From Chara braunii (taxonomy: Eukaryota; Plantae; Charophyceae): a DNA stretch of 53,155 bases. Location of the stretch: the NCBI GenBank assembly GCA_003427395.1, contig BFEA01000026.1, positions 4,264,174 through 4,317,328 of the forward strand, in the 5' to 3' direction. Below the pieces are notes generated by a model. That model had not been told where the DNA came from and did not search any database. It worked only from the letters and a program-made list of their open reading frames with translations. The translations under genes were made by a program, and so were the position numbers. Below, in pieces: positions 24,251-36,612 of the stretch (position 1 is its first letter; every line of letters begins with the position of its first letter).

Positions 24251-26544
24251 GATGTAATGAGACTGTAAAAGTCAGATGGGTTTAGGAAACTTAGAGATTT
24301 TGACATGTGAGTTAGGTTAGGNNNNNNNNNNNNNNNNNNNNNNNNNNNNNNNNNNNNNNNNNNNNNNNNNNNNNNNNNNNNNNNNNNNNNNNNNNNNNNN
24401 NNNNNNNNNNNNNNNNNNNNNNNNNNNNNNNNNNNNNNNNNNNNNNNNNNNNNNNNNNNNNNNNNNNNNNNNNNNNNNNNNNNNNNNNNNNNNNNNNNNN
24501 NNNNNNNNNNNNNNNNNNNNNNNNNNNNNNNNNNNNNNNNNNNNNNNNNNNNNNNNNNNNNNNNNNNNNNNNNNNNNNNNNNNNNNNNNNNNNNNNNNNN
24601 NNNNNNNNNNNNNNNNNNNNNNNNNNNNNNNNNNNNNNNNNNNNNNNNNNNNNNNNNNNNNNNNNNNNNNNNNNNNNNNNNNNNNNNNNNNNNNNNNNNN
24701 NNNNNNNNNNNNNNNNNNNNNNNNNNNNNNNNNNNNNNNNNNNNNNNNNNNNNNNNNNNNNNNNNNNNNNNNNNNNNNNNNNNNNNNNNNNNNNNNNNNN
24801 NNNNNNNNNNNNNNNNNNNNNNNNNNNNNNNNNNNNNNNNNNNNNNNNNNNNNNNNNNNNNNNNNNNNNNNNNNNNNNNNNNNNNNNNNNNNNNNNNNNN
24901 NNNNNNNNNNNNNNNNNNNNNNNNNNNNNNNNNNNNNNNNNNNNNNNNNNNNNNNNNNNNNNNNNNNNNNNNNNNNNNNNNNNNNTTTTTTTTTTTTTTT
25001 TTTTTTTTTCCCTGATGGCTGCTGCGACGTGAAATGCGAACATAGGTGCTCGTCAACAAAACAAAACAAATTCACACTGCTGGGCTGGAGAGGACAAACC
25101 ATCACGAGAAATATGCTAAAGATCCATGCACAACAAAATGGAGACAGGAATGCCATCGGGACATTCCCTTCCCTCAGGGAGTAACTCCCATCCTCCTGTT
25201 CCCTGATGCTGCACAGTCCCAGCAAGGGGACTGCCATCTGCAGTGGATGACACACCAACAACTCAGAAGCATGCCAATGGCCAGATTGAGGTCCAACAAT
25301 ACCTGGACAATTGAGGAACAGATCCTCTTCCTCACAATTCTTCTTCGTGAAGATGCGCTGGCGCCATATCAACAATGGGACGGCACCCCATTTGTCAGAC
25401 ACTTCCATTCTGGGGCGTGAACCCCCAACCCTATGCAGCTAGAGGGCGAACAAACCTCACATGACTCGATAATATGGCAACACCAACCACTTTCCGGTGA
25501 CTAATGGTCCTCATCATCCGCCTCATCCGCCTCACCTACCCAGGTGCCCTAGCCCTCCTCGACCGGCTCAGCCGCTCAGAACGCAACCAATGTGGGCTAA
25601 AAAGATACTGGAGGCAGATCTGGACATCAGGTCAATAAATGTCAACGGACTAGCACAACCTAATGAGCAAAAGAGAGAGGTAATCTGGAATCTGATGACA
25701 CGAGACACGAGGGCTAACTGGCCCGATGTGATTGCGGTACGAGAGACTCATCTGACCGACTCACCAACACATCAAGCGAGGGCAAGCCAGGTCTGGCCCT
25801 ACACCTCCTACGCAGCTCCGGCCAGGGCCACAACATCGACGGGTGTCGCCTTGTGGCTCCGCCCCACCCCTAGATTGATCCCTGAGAGCGCAGACTGAGA
25901 TCGGGCGGAAGGACGATGGGTATGGCTGAAAGCCACTCTAGGATCAGAAACACTGTACCTGGTGTGCATTAATGCATCCAATGATCTGCTGCAAAGAGCT
26001 GCCTTTTTTGGCTCTCTGTAACAGTCGCTGCCTCGAGATGCCCCATCATAATGATGGGGGACTTCAACACAGCCGGAACCACTTATGGACCGGAGATCTA
26101 CCTCCCAAAATAACCGACAAAGCCAGGAGAACAATGGTCCTGATGTTACAGCCTTGGGACACATGATGGTGGACCTGTACCTCACAAACTCCTATAGACA
26201 ACTGAATCCCACCAAAGGGCCTACACATGCGTGAGATCTAGAGGGGATAGAGGCATAGCTAATTCTAGGATTGACCTTCGCCTGATTTCAGATGAAATAT
26301 CTGGTTTACTCACGGTAGCAGACATATGCCCTATCTCAGCATGCCAGTCCTTCGACCACCGAATGATAATTGCGGGACTATCCTACTACTCTCACATTGT
26401 GAGAGGCCCATGGTTTCTGAAACTGAATACCTCTCTCCTGAAACTTGCCTCCTTTGAGAACGTCATCAAAGCTTTCTGGGCATACTGGACCACACAGAAA
26501 TCAGACGATGGCAGGTTGGTCCAATGGTTTAATGAGGGTATAAC

Positions 26545-27387
26545 CAGGGTTGTCGAGCCCCGCCCCCGGGGCCCCGGCGGGGGTCCGGGGGTCCGGGGGT
26601 GGGCACCCCTAACCCCGGCTCCGAACCGCTCCCTCCCCACAAAAAAAAAATAAAAAATAAGTGGGGGGTGCGCAGCGAGACAGCGCACCCCGTGGGCTAA
26701 ACCCCAAAAATGGGGTTTTGTGCCCCACCCCGGACCCCCCCCCCCGGCCACACCCACCACTCGGGGGACAGGGGTAGCTGCAAGTGCGGGGCTGGGGGCG
26801 GGGCCAACAGCCGGCGGGGGCAGGGTTGAGTGCTGATGGGGNNNNNNNNNNNNNNNNNNNNNNNNNNNNNNNNNNNNNNNNNNNNNNNNNNNNNNNNNNN
26901 NNNNNNNNNNNNNNNNNNNNNNNNNNNNNNNNNNNNNNNNNNNNNNNNNNNNNNNNNNNNNNNNNNNNNNNNNNNNNNNNNNNNNNNNNNNNNNNNNNNN
27001 NNNNNNNNNNNNNNNNNNNNNNNNNNNNNNNNNNNNNNNNNNNNNNNNNNNNNNNNNNNNNNNNNNNNNNNNNNNNNNNNNNNNNNNNNNNNNNNNNNNN
27101 NNNNNNNNNNNNNNNNNNNNNNNNNNNNNNNNNNNNNNNNNNNNNNNNNNNNNNNNNNNNNNNNNNNNNNNNNNNNNNNNNNNNNNNNNNNNNNNNNNNN
27201 NNNNNNNNNNNNNNNNNNNNNNNNNNNNNNNNNNNNNNNNNNNNNNNNNNNNNNNNNNNNNNNNNNNNNNNNNNNNNGGGGGGGGGGGGTTTTGGCGGGG
27301 GCGGGGGTCAGGTAGCCCCGCGGCGGGGGTCCGGGGGTGAAACCCCTACCTGGCTTGGGCCCTGGGGATCCCTGCGTGATAACACTG
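26545..27387. mobile_element. GC-rich non-autonomous hAT element inside LINE A (contains a gap)
   Basis: Termini cagggttgtc / gataacactg; exact 8-bp TSD ggtataac at 26537-26544 and 27388-27395; removing it restores the ORF2 frame. Confidence 0.85.
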
Positions 27388-30300
27388 GGTATAACACATC
27401 TCAGGGAAAGAGTCAAAAAATACTCAATTCAACAGGCAAGGGACAGGAAGATAAACATTGATAGATTATTGCTTCAACTAGCAGAATAGGACGTCCATCT
27501 CATGGATAACCCAATGGACATATGAACCTATAACGCACTACAAAGAGCACGAGTTCAGTTACAAGAATACTACGATAACCAGACACAAAAATGGAGGATA
27601 CATGCTCGGATCACGAAAGATGCAGCTGATAGGATGATGACCAGGATGTTCTTCCGGAAAGCGAATACCAAAACCAGACAGAACACAGTCCCATCCCTAA
27701 GGCACCCATTTGACAACAGCCAGCCAGCGGCAACTAACACTTACAAAATCGCAAAGGCCCTTTACATCTGAAGCCCGATAGAGACCACCCCATGAGTGGC
27801 AAGGGCCCTGTGACACTCTCCTCAATGGAGACACCGATTATGTGAGAGGATATGCTACAGGCCCTACGTGACATGGAGGACGAAAAAACGTTGGGTCTAG
27901 ACTCTTTCCCAAAGGAGTTCTGGCTTCAATTCTGGATATATTCCAGGATGATTTTTGCCAATATGTCCGTGCAGTCTTTAGAGAAGATACCTTTGGGGAT
28001 ATGACTGGTCAAGGGGTCACAACACTACGCTTTGCTTGTTTGACCAGGACAAACGTCAGATGGATGGTCGGAAAGAAATGAAATGGGACAGATCGGAAAT
28101 AAGAATCTACCCCTGGCTCCCTAAGAAGGTAGGACCAGAAAAGAGAAGAGAACAGTTAATGAAAGATTTCTATTGGGTGGAACTGCGTCATATCTCGATT
28201 GAGGTACAGGCAACCTTCATACATGGCTTTGGTCAGCAGTTCAAAATCGTGGGCTTCATAGACCCATTGCCCACGTATGTTGCAAAGCGTGATGATTACT
28301 TGATGTTGGGACTGGACCTACAGAAGGACCAACCATTTTACCTTGATGATATCATCCCCTTCAAGATAGAAGGAAGGGTGTATCAAATTCACACGGCACT
28401 CAAATTCCGTCCGTTGTGTTTTAAATGTAAAGCATACAACCACCTAAGTACGAAATTTGTCTGTCCGTTACACCCACAACATGCCTTCCCTCCTTAGCAA
28501 AAACTCAAGCGTGACTCCCAAAGGCCGCATAGATGGGTTCTAGTGGTGGCAGGGTACGAAGGATGGGTATACAGTGTTGAACACAACCAGATGGGTCTAC
28601 CAATAGGATGGTTTTGGGAAGGAAGAGGTGACTTTCGCAAATCCCCCCGACCACCGGCAGACTGGCTTCCTCCGTTACCGACGCAACAGGCACAACAAGC
28701 ACAACAAAATTAGCAGCAACAAACGCTGCAACCCTAATCCGGTCGAGGAGGGAGAGGGGGAAAGTCGAACCAGGCTCATTCTGCTCTTCACCACGGAAAG
28801 AAGGAAAGGTGGTTGGGGAACCTAGAATGGGGAGGGCACAGGAGATGGAGGGGAGTGACAACTCAAGAACTCCAAATCGAGGGGTAAAAGAGAACTCTCA
28901 GGCTGAGGATTACGATGCACCAGGTGAGGGGGAGAAAAAGCTAGTGGGCCCTTCTCCACAGTCATATCTCCCCAGAAATGGGAAGCACTAGATAACGGAA
29001 TGGAAGGAAGTGAGAAGGAAGGGGGCTGTAGAACAAAGAAAACAAGAAGAAAAAAACAAGGTGGTCATGCAGTCTCAAGTGGAAATTGAACATCATCAAG
29101 ATGGAGAGAACAATTTGGGAATATCAACAGGATTAATGATAACAAGGAAGAGTTCTGAAAACACATCCGATGACATGGATATTGACCTGCTGAAAAATGC
29201 ATTTGGATCAGAACCAATGGAGGTGGAAGATGCACCGGTTGCCACTTCCCCTCTACTGCCGTAGGGGGTTAGCGGTAGTAGTTTTGGTAGTAGTTGTGAA
29301 TCAACGACGGCCCTTCAAAGTGAAGCTCACGAAGGTAGCTAAGTGGATACTGATCAACCTTAAAGCTAAATTTCCGAGATTGAAAGAGGATGCATGGCAG
29401 GGTATTCAAGACCAACTCATGTCAATGCTGGCCACGAGTGACAGTCTAAAAGTGGTACTGCAGTATGGTCTTCCTCAGAGAGCGAACTGGGTGGATATTA
29501 GTAACAAACTACTCTTCATTGTGACTAATCGAATACACCAGTCAATCCTTACTCCCCTCATTGATTCCCAGCAGGAGAATAATCGAGTAGGTTTGAGTTT
29601 GGAGGCCTCTAAAAAACCACAGGAAGGCTCTGAGAAATTTCATAAGAAGGAATTGCGAAGGAAGAAAGTTCTAGCAAGAAAAAAACAAGGTGGAAGAGAA
29701 TATGGATTGAGAGGTCAGGATCTAAAGAATTACCTTCGTGATCATAAGAAATATTCTCGGTACTCAAGAGTTCACCAACTGGATGCTTCACGTGAACCCC
29801 CCACCCATAGGCGAATAATGAAGCATTTAGTTCTTACCCCAAAGCGAAAGAAAAAAAGAGGTGCAAAGAAAGGAATGAAATCAAAAGAAATTGGGGATAT
29901 AGAACTGGTCAGCTGGTCAATGAGAAGGAAAACTTCCCTTCTCAGAAAATCACACACTCTGCCATCAAAGCACAAAGTTGTGAACCTCCAACGGACGTCT
30001 CGAATACACAGAGTGCTCCCAAGGAAATTTGACCGGGTACTATATCTGTTATGATGAACCAGGTTGAAGTGGTATTGGAGGAGGGGCCGAGAGGGGGTAA
30101 GGGGAATGTGGAATCTCACCGACTGGGGGGGATTTGGAAGTAGCGCAATGTCCTTATAAGGGCAGTCCCCAGCAAGGGACACTCAACTACTCACCACACT
30201 TTATAGTACTAAAGGGAGACAATCTCAGCAGACCCCAGTCGGTAAACAACGAGTCTCACGGGAACAGTACTATCGTTAAACAGACAGAAGAATGCAATAA

Positions 30301-33300
30301 AAGCCTGAGTCTGATCCCGCCCTGTCAGATTACCGTAATGAGTAATTCTCAGACATGTTCCCGGAATCTTGACAAAATACAAGAACAACAACGAGTACAT
30401 GGATTATATGCGGGGATTCAAGGTGGTAACCGCTTAAAGGAGGTGGTGTCGCAACTTATAGGTGAGCGTAAATATCTTTTGTTGCCACAGCAGGAAGAAG
30501 TTTCCAAAGAGTCCAAAAGGCGGTCTTCTCTTATTGAGTGGGATGACTCACCACAGACACCAACCATAGTGGATAACATATCTTCACAGACAACATCACC
30601 ATAAATCAAATACTTAAACAAGGAGTCAGATGTGGGAGTGAAGGAGACATCCCCAGTCTAGGATAAAAAAAAATTGACAACAGATTTCGACACAGCAATT
30701 GATCTTACTGAGGACTTACGAGTTCCACAGTTATCAGATAAGACTGAGTTCCTCCCTTTCCCCATGCCACATACAATAAAGCTCATTAGTAAGAGGCAGA
30801 AATTGGGTCTGAGGGTGAATATGAGCCAGGGTGACTCCCTTCTCACACGAACAAGAATTGTACTCCTCCCTGTTAGATTTAAGGGGGGACTACGAAAGAT
30901 TGGACTCTCCTAGGCCCCCGGAGGCCATATATAGTGAAGTCACAATCCAAAGGATCAAATCCTTTTTTCTTTCTCTTTCCGCAATAACGGGGGGAAGAGC
31001 GGGGGAGTCCCTACTCAGACTGTGAATTGTTAAATAACTTAAATTCATTAAGGAGAATTTCCCGCAGGGAGGACTATCCACTCTCACAATTACCTCGGAC
31101 CCGTATAGAATTGTGGAACGGGATATATATCTCAAATATGAGTCATCTAAGCACGTGCAGTTGATGTGGATGGGGATTGACATGCTAAAAGAACTTCAAC
31201 TTCTGAAAATCGAGGCGAGTAAGTTTTGGTTTGCACATGATGATGATGTGGCCACCCTCCTTGTCAGACTCCTTAGACATGCCGCACTGGAGGTAGGGGG
31301 CATTCTGGACACTTGGACTTGGCATAACTTGTAAGGCCGATAACATGAGCAATTCACAATTAAAGGAATACGAAAAATAAATGGAGAGAATTAAAGTGAT
31401 AGATGCCTTATATAACAAGGATAAGGCATGGAAAATGCTCAAAAGGAAGTCGGACTTGGATCTCCGTTCCCTCAATGTGAACGATCTGACCTCAGCCAAG
31501 CAGAGTAAGAAGCAAGTTATCTATGACCAACTGAGGGGGATTGACCAAGTGTCATTTGCATCCAGGAGACCCACTTAATGGATACAGATGCTCATAATCA
31601 TAGTCACAAGGAAATCTGGCCATATTTGGCTTATAGGGCACATGCCCGGGATGCCCCCAAACCAGGCAGTGCAAGGGTAGCCATATGGATTTTACCGTAA
31701 TCCAAAGTGGAGCCCCTTAACTGAGAGGTGGATCAGCTGGAAGGGAGATGGGTTTACGTCCTAGTGATGTTAGAACTAGAGGTGGTCAGTATCCTTTGCG
31801 TATATGGACCTAATGATGTAGACGACAGACAAACATTCTTTGAATCCATATTTCCTCACCTCCTAGTTGGTATCCTAATAATTATTGCAGGAGACGTCAA
31901 TGCAGTACCAGACAGGCATTTGGACCGATGAAAACTCTCTTCCCCTGCCCTGGTTATGTGGAAACAGACGATATGATTATTGCTAATCTGTGCCATACTC
32001 TAAACCTCCTTGATTCTTATCGTAGGCTTAACCCTAATTCTAAAGTATTTTCATGATTTCAGAAGAGTCAATTTAGACAAACTACTAAATCTAAAATTGA
32101 TCTCATTCTAGCGTCAGAAGAATTGCAAGGAGCAATTTAGTTTGCCGAAATTTTTTCACGCAACCCCTTTCCAGGCCTAGATCATGTAATGTGTGCGACA
32201 ATCTTCTCTTTTATAAATAAACCAGACCAAGGAAGAGGTTTTTATAAACTATATAACTTCCATTCGATAGAAAATTTCAAAGAGTATCTCCAGGATGTAT
32301 GAGACTTCCGTATCCAAAATGACATCCGTTGATTCAATAACGTCCTAGCTTTCTTAGGTTGTAAATGCAATGAATATTCCAAATTATTAGCAACACATAT
32401 ACACTCGAAAGAAAAACAACTCCAAGAAAAAATTCAAGAATTGCAACAACAAGAAACGATGTCAGAAGACCAAGATACACTTATACCTCTAGCTAAGGAA
32501 ATACAAGAATTGGAAGATCAACTTCTGACACATATGGAGTATAGATGACAAGGGCTAAGAATCAGAGGGAAACTAAAAAAACATGAAATGAAAGGGGCAG
32601 TGGATGCACGATTCTTTGCAATGGCCAGGGCCAAAACAGGAAGGACTATCATTGAAGCCTTGTCTGATTCCTTTAAAAGAAATGAACCATGGGTCACCTC
32701 AACTGCAACATGCATTAAGATAACGAGGGATTTCTTCAAAGATATTTTAACATATGGGAATGGAGACATCCAACAAACAGAACGACACACAAAAATTGAC
32801 AACTTTTGAATACCTCTCACAAAATCATTGACTGAAAAGCAAAAGGAAATTATGGAAATGCCGATAACTAAGGAAAAAATTTGGAAAACATTGTTGCTTA
32901 TGGATGAAGAGAAGACTCTTGGAATAGATGATTTGCCCAAGGAATTCTGGGAATCTATGTGAGACTCAATATCTCAGGATCTAATGAACTTTTATAACGC
33001 GGTATGGATCTAAGGGGAAATGAGAGAATTTGTGGGACAAAAGGTCGTAACACTTCTATACAAAAAAAAAAAAAAAAGACAATTATTGAGAATTATCGCC
33101 CTATTACTCTTTTAACAGTTGTTTATAAGATGGTTGCTAAAACATTAACTGATCGGTTGACCAAAGTAATAGCCGATATCATTCACCCAGCACAAACTGG
33201 TTTCATCACTGGAAAAAATATATAAGATAATGTGTTGCTGATCAATGAACTCATGAAGCTCACACGCCAATCTAAACACAATGCTGCTTTCATCTTTATA

Positions 33301-35595
33301 AATTTTGAAAAAGTATATGATCATGTAGATTTTTTTCTTTCTTGATAAATGCTTGAAAAAATTCAACTTTGGTCCAAACTTTAGAAGATGGATAGGGATT
33401 CTGCATAAGAATGCTACCATTAGTGTTATGGTTAATGGCAATGTAGCTCCCCTTATTCCTCTGTAAAAATCAGTTAGACAAGGAGACTCAATTACTCCCT
33501 TCTTATTTGTCATCATTATGGAAACTCTAGCAACAAATCCACATACCCATAAAGATATAAAACGGATCCAGATAATATCTATCCCGGAGGAGGCAATCCC
33601 AATATGCTCTCTCTTTGCTGATGATCTCGCCCTAATGATTGATGCTTCTCATGAAAACATGATAGCAATTCAAAAATTGATGGAATAATTTTGTCGATTA
33701 TTAGTTATGAAAGTTAATTAGGGTAGTAAAACTCTGGAATGGTGGATTCATCATCAAGGAGTGAGACCTCCAGAATAGCCTAAGGTCAAATGGTTGCCCA
33801 GAGATAACCATATCAGAATACTAGGTATTTTCTTAACGGCTGAGAGCAAACCAAAGTCCAACAATGATTGGATTATGCAACAAACTAAAGCAAAGTTGGA
33901 ACTGTGAAAAAATAAACATACCTCACTATTAGGTCGCACTCTCGCCATCAATAATGTTGTCATGACCTCTATATAGTATAAATCGACTATTTGGGCCTTA
34001 GATAAAAAAAACACTAAAATGTTCCAGCGACAATTAAGAGCATTCCTTTGGAGAGGAAATCATTAGTGCATTAATGTTATCAATAGAGTAGCATAGATAT
34101 CAGCGATCCAACCGAAATCTAGAGGGGGGTTGAAAATCATTGATGCAACCACCCAAGCCTTAGCTCTTTCCATACAATGGATCAAGAGACTGTTTTTTTA
34201 ATCTTCAAACCCCTTGGAATGCACTTGCATGAGAACAAATCAGGAGGTTAGCACCCCCTACACCAGAAGGTACAAACCCGCTGATGTGGCTAAAAAATCG
34301 ATCATGGTCCATGCCTAGAGGTAGTGTTAAGAAAGATGAAGGTGAAATAATTTAAGATCAACAAGCTGCAAGACAGGATCTATGTAAGGACTCCTTCTGG
34401 ATCACCATCCTTAAAACATGGAGGAAATTACCCCTACCGGATAAACTGCCGCCAAAAAGATGGGAAGAGGTGTGTCAGCAACCACTTTTTAATAACAATT
34501 GGATTAGAGATGATCAAGGATATGTTCTCCACTGCAAAAATTTTCCCTGGTTGAGTTGGGTAAAGAGAGGAATCCTAAGGATCAAAGATTTATGGAACCC
34601 AGTAACTAATGATTGGTTTACTACCAAGGATCTACACAACCAATTGCGTTATTGCCACCACCCTGATAAAGCGCTAGAAAACGTGATAGAGCTCATTCCT
34701 TTAGAATGGATCCGCATCTTGCGTAAAAGGCCTAAGTGGAAGGTCAATGACTGGGTAGCTATTAAAGATTATCCTAATTCGATTGGCAACATCCTGGACA
34801 AATTTACAAATGGGGATATTTTTTTGTCTCTTTTTTATCTAAAACAAAAGAATAATGTTACCCCAAACCAACAAGAAGAGATAAAATAGGTGAAAGGTGA
34901 TCAAATCTTCAAAATTCGGGTTATACAACATAAAAATACATTGATCGCATTCAGACCGACTATACCAATCTCTCACCTGGCACTAGACCCAAAAGATTGG
35001 ATTTGGAATTCCTAAGGTGGAAAAGGAAGATCATATCATACTAACCTTCATACCTTGACGACCAAATCTACTTATCGAATGTTTCGGGCTTTCGACCCAG
35101 AATTAATTTGAGGGATATGGTCGTGACAAGGTGGATAAAGCATCTCAACCTAAGTAGGGATAATCTTAGATCAATCAACCCGTAGGAAAAGTGTCTTCTC
35201 GGAATTTATATCAGCCCGAATATAAAAACAAAAATGATCTTCAACTTTCCAAAGTCAATTTTTTATCGAACTCCCTGAATTAGCAAAAATTTGGGTAACA
35301 CTCCCTTAAGAAAATAAGACTTTATAGATTTTTACTAAGCCATATATAAAGATTAGACAAGTTGAACTTTGAAAAATCAAATTTTGACAAACTCCTTGGA
35401 TTTGCAGAAATTTTGGCATCGCTTCCCGTAGAGAAAGAGGCTTACCAAAATTTATACAAAGCCAAGTATAACAAATGATCCCAGAAAATGCGAGAATTGA
35501 TCTAAGTAAAAAAAAAAAGTCAGCTCATAAAATGCAGGAATTGAAACTAACTCTTATGACTCTAGCACGTGGCGAGCATCTAAAACAACTAGGCC

Positions 35596-35669
35596 CATGC
35601 TTGGAAAGACTTGAACTCTCAACCCCCAAATCCGTAGTTTGGTGCTCTATCCAATTGAGCTACAAGCAC
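35596..35669 (-). tRNA. trnR-ACG: tRNA-Arg(ACG), bacterial/mitochondrial type; possibly a pseudogene
   Basis: GTGCTTG-TA-GCTC-AATTGGATA-GAGC-A-CCAAA-CTACGGA-TTTGG-GGGTT-GAGAG-TTCAAGT-CTTTC-CAAGCAT-G folds into a full 74-nt cloverleaf. Confidence 0.85.
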
Positions 35670-35894
35670 ATTCATTCGTCCCTTTCGTCTAGGGGTATAG
35701 GACATCGTTTTTTCATGGCGAAGACACGGGTCAAACTGAAACTCAGACCAAGTAGTAATCTCGCTTAGTCACATGCAAGACCAAACCACAAAGATAAGTA
35801 CTCTCACCAGCCCAAAGTCAAACTTATCAAACAATAGTTCGTAGTTTTTCAGTGATTTATCCCGTTATACCCAATTTACATAAGACATAAAGTT

Positions 35895-36612
35895 AGACCC
35901 CCCAAACTTATGGAACATGTCTAGCTCAACCATTGAATATACACAAACAAAGGGCACAACAACTTTTCTTTTCTTTGGGCACATAATTAGGTCACCCTAG
36001 TCGCCCTGACCTGTTTAAGTATCCAAGTTTTATATAATTATCTACACTTAGTTTTTTAAGGCTGCATATAGCTCAACCAATTAACTTTAGCTTAAGATCC
36101 AGCCTGCCCCTTCGTACCACAAATTTATTCTTAGTTAATACGCTCTTCAGTTTGTGATAAGCTATAGTCAGACCACCCAAACTTATGGAACCTTGTCTGA
36201 CTAACCTGTTCATAGATAAAATAATAGTGAAATATACTCAAATTATAGCTTTTTGGTTCCAGCAGGTGCGGGACATTGGACCAAGACCACCCAAACTTAT
36301 GGAATATGTCTGGTCCTCTGCCTGATTCTTTCCCTTAAATCCAAAGCAGGAAGAGGCTGAGCCACCCAAACTTATGGAACATGCTCAAACCTCCTCGTTT
36401 AGAAGCAAAAGAAACTCAAAGAAAGTCAAAGTAAACAAGACAACCAAGCCACCCAAACTTATGGAACATGCTTGGTCCCTGAAAAGTCAATCATAGTCAG
36501 CCCTCACAAGTCAGAGCAGCAAGACCACCCAAACTTATGGAACATGTCTGGTTCTCCAGGCAATTCAAAAGAAACATAACACTAGCCTCCCCAAACTTAT
36601 AGAGACTTGCCC
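35895..36612. repeat. Array of 6-7 hairpins with conserved core CACCCAAACTTATGGAACAT and unique spacers
   Basis: Cores start at 35899, 36174, 36288, 36363, 36450, 36526 and (degenerate) 36587. Confidence 0.9.

Noticed and set aside
36257-36282. Permuted motif B (ttccagcaggtgc gggacattggacc)
   Set aside because: Short matches in the wrong order with no pseudoknot half; probably chance.
35895-36612. CRISPR array
   Set aside because: Irregular spacing, repeat-specific flanking stems, eukaryotic context and no cas genes; kept as a hairpin array instead.
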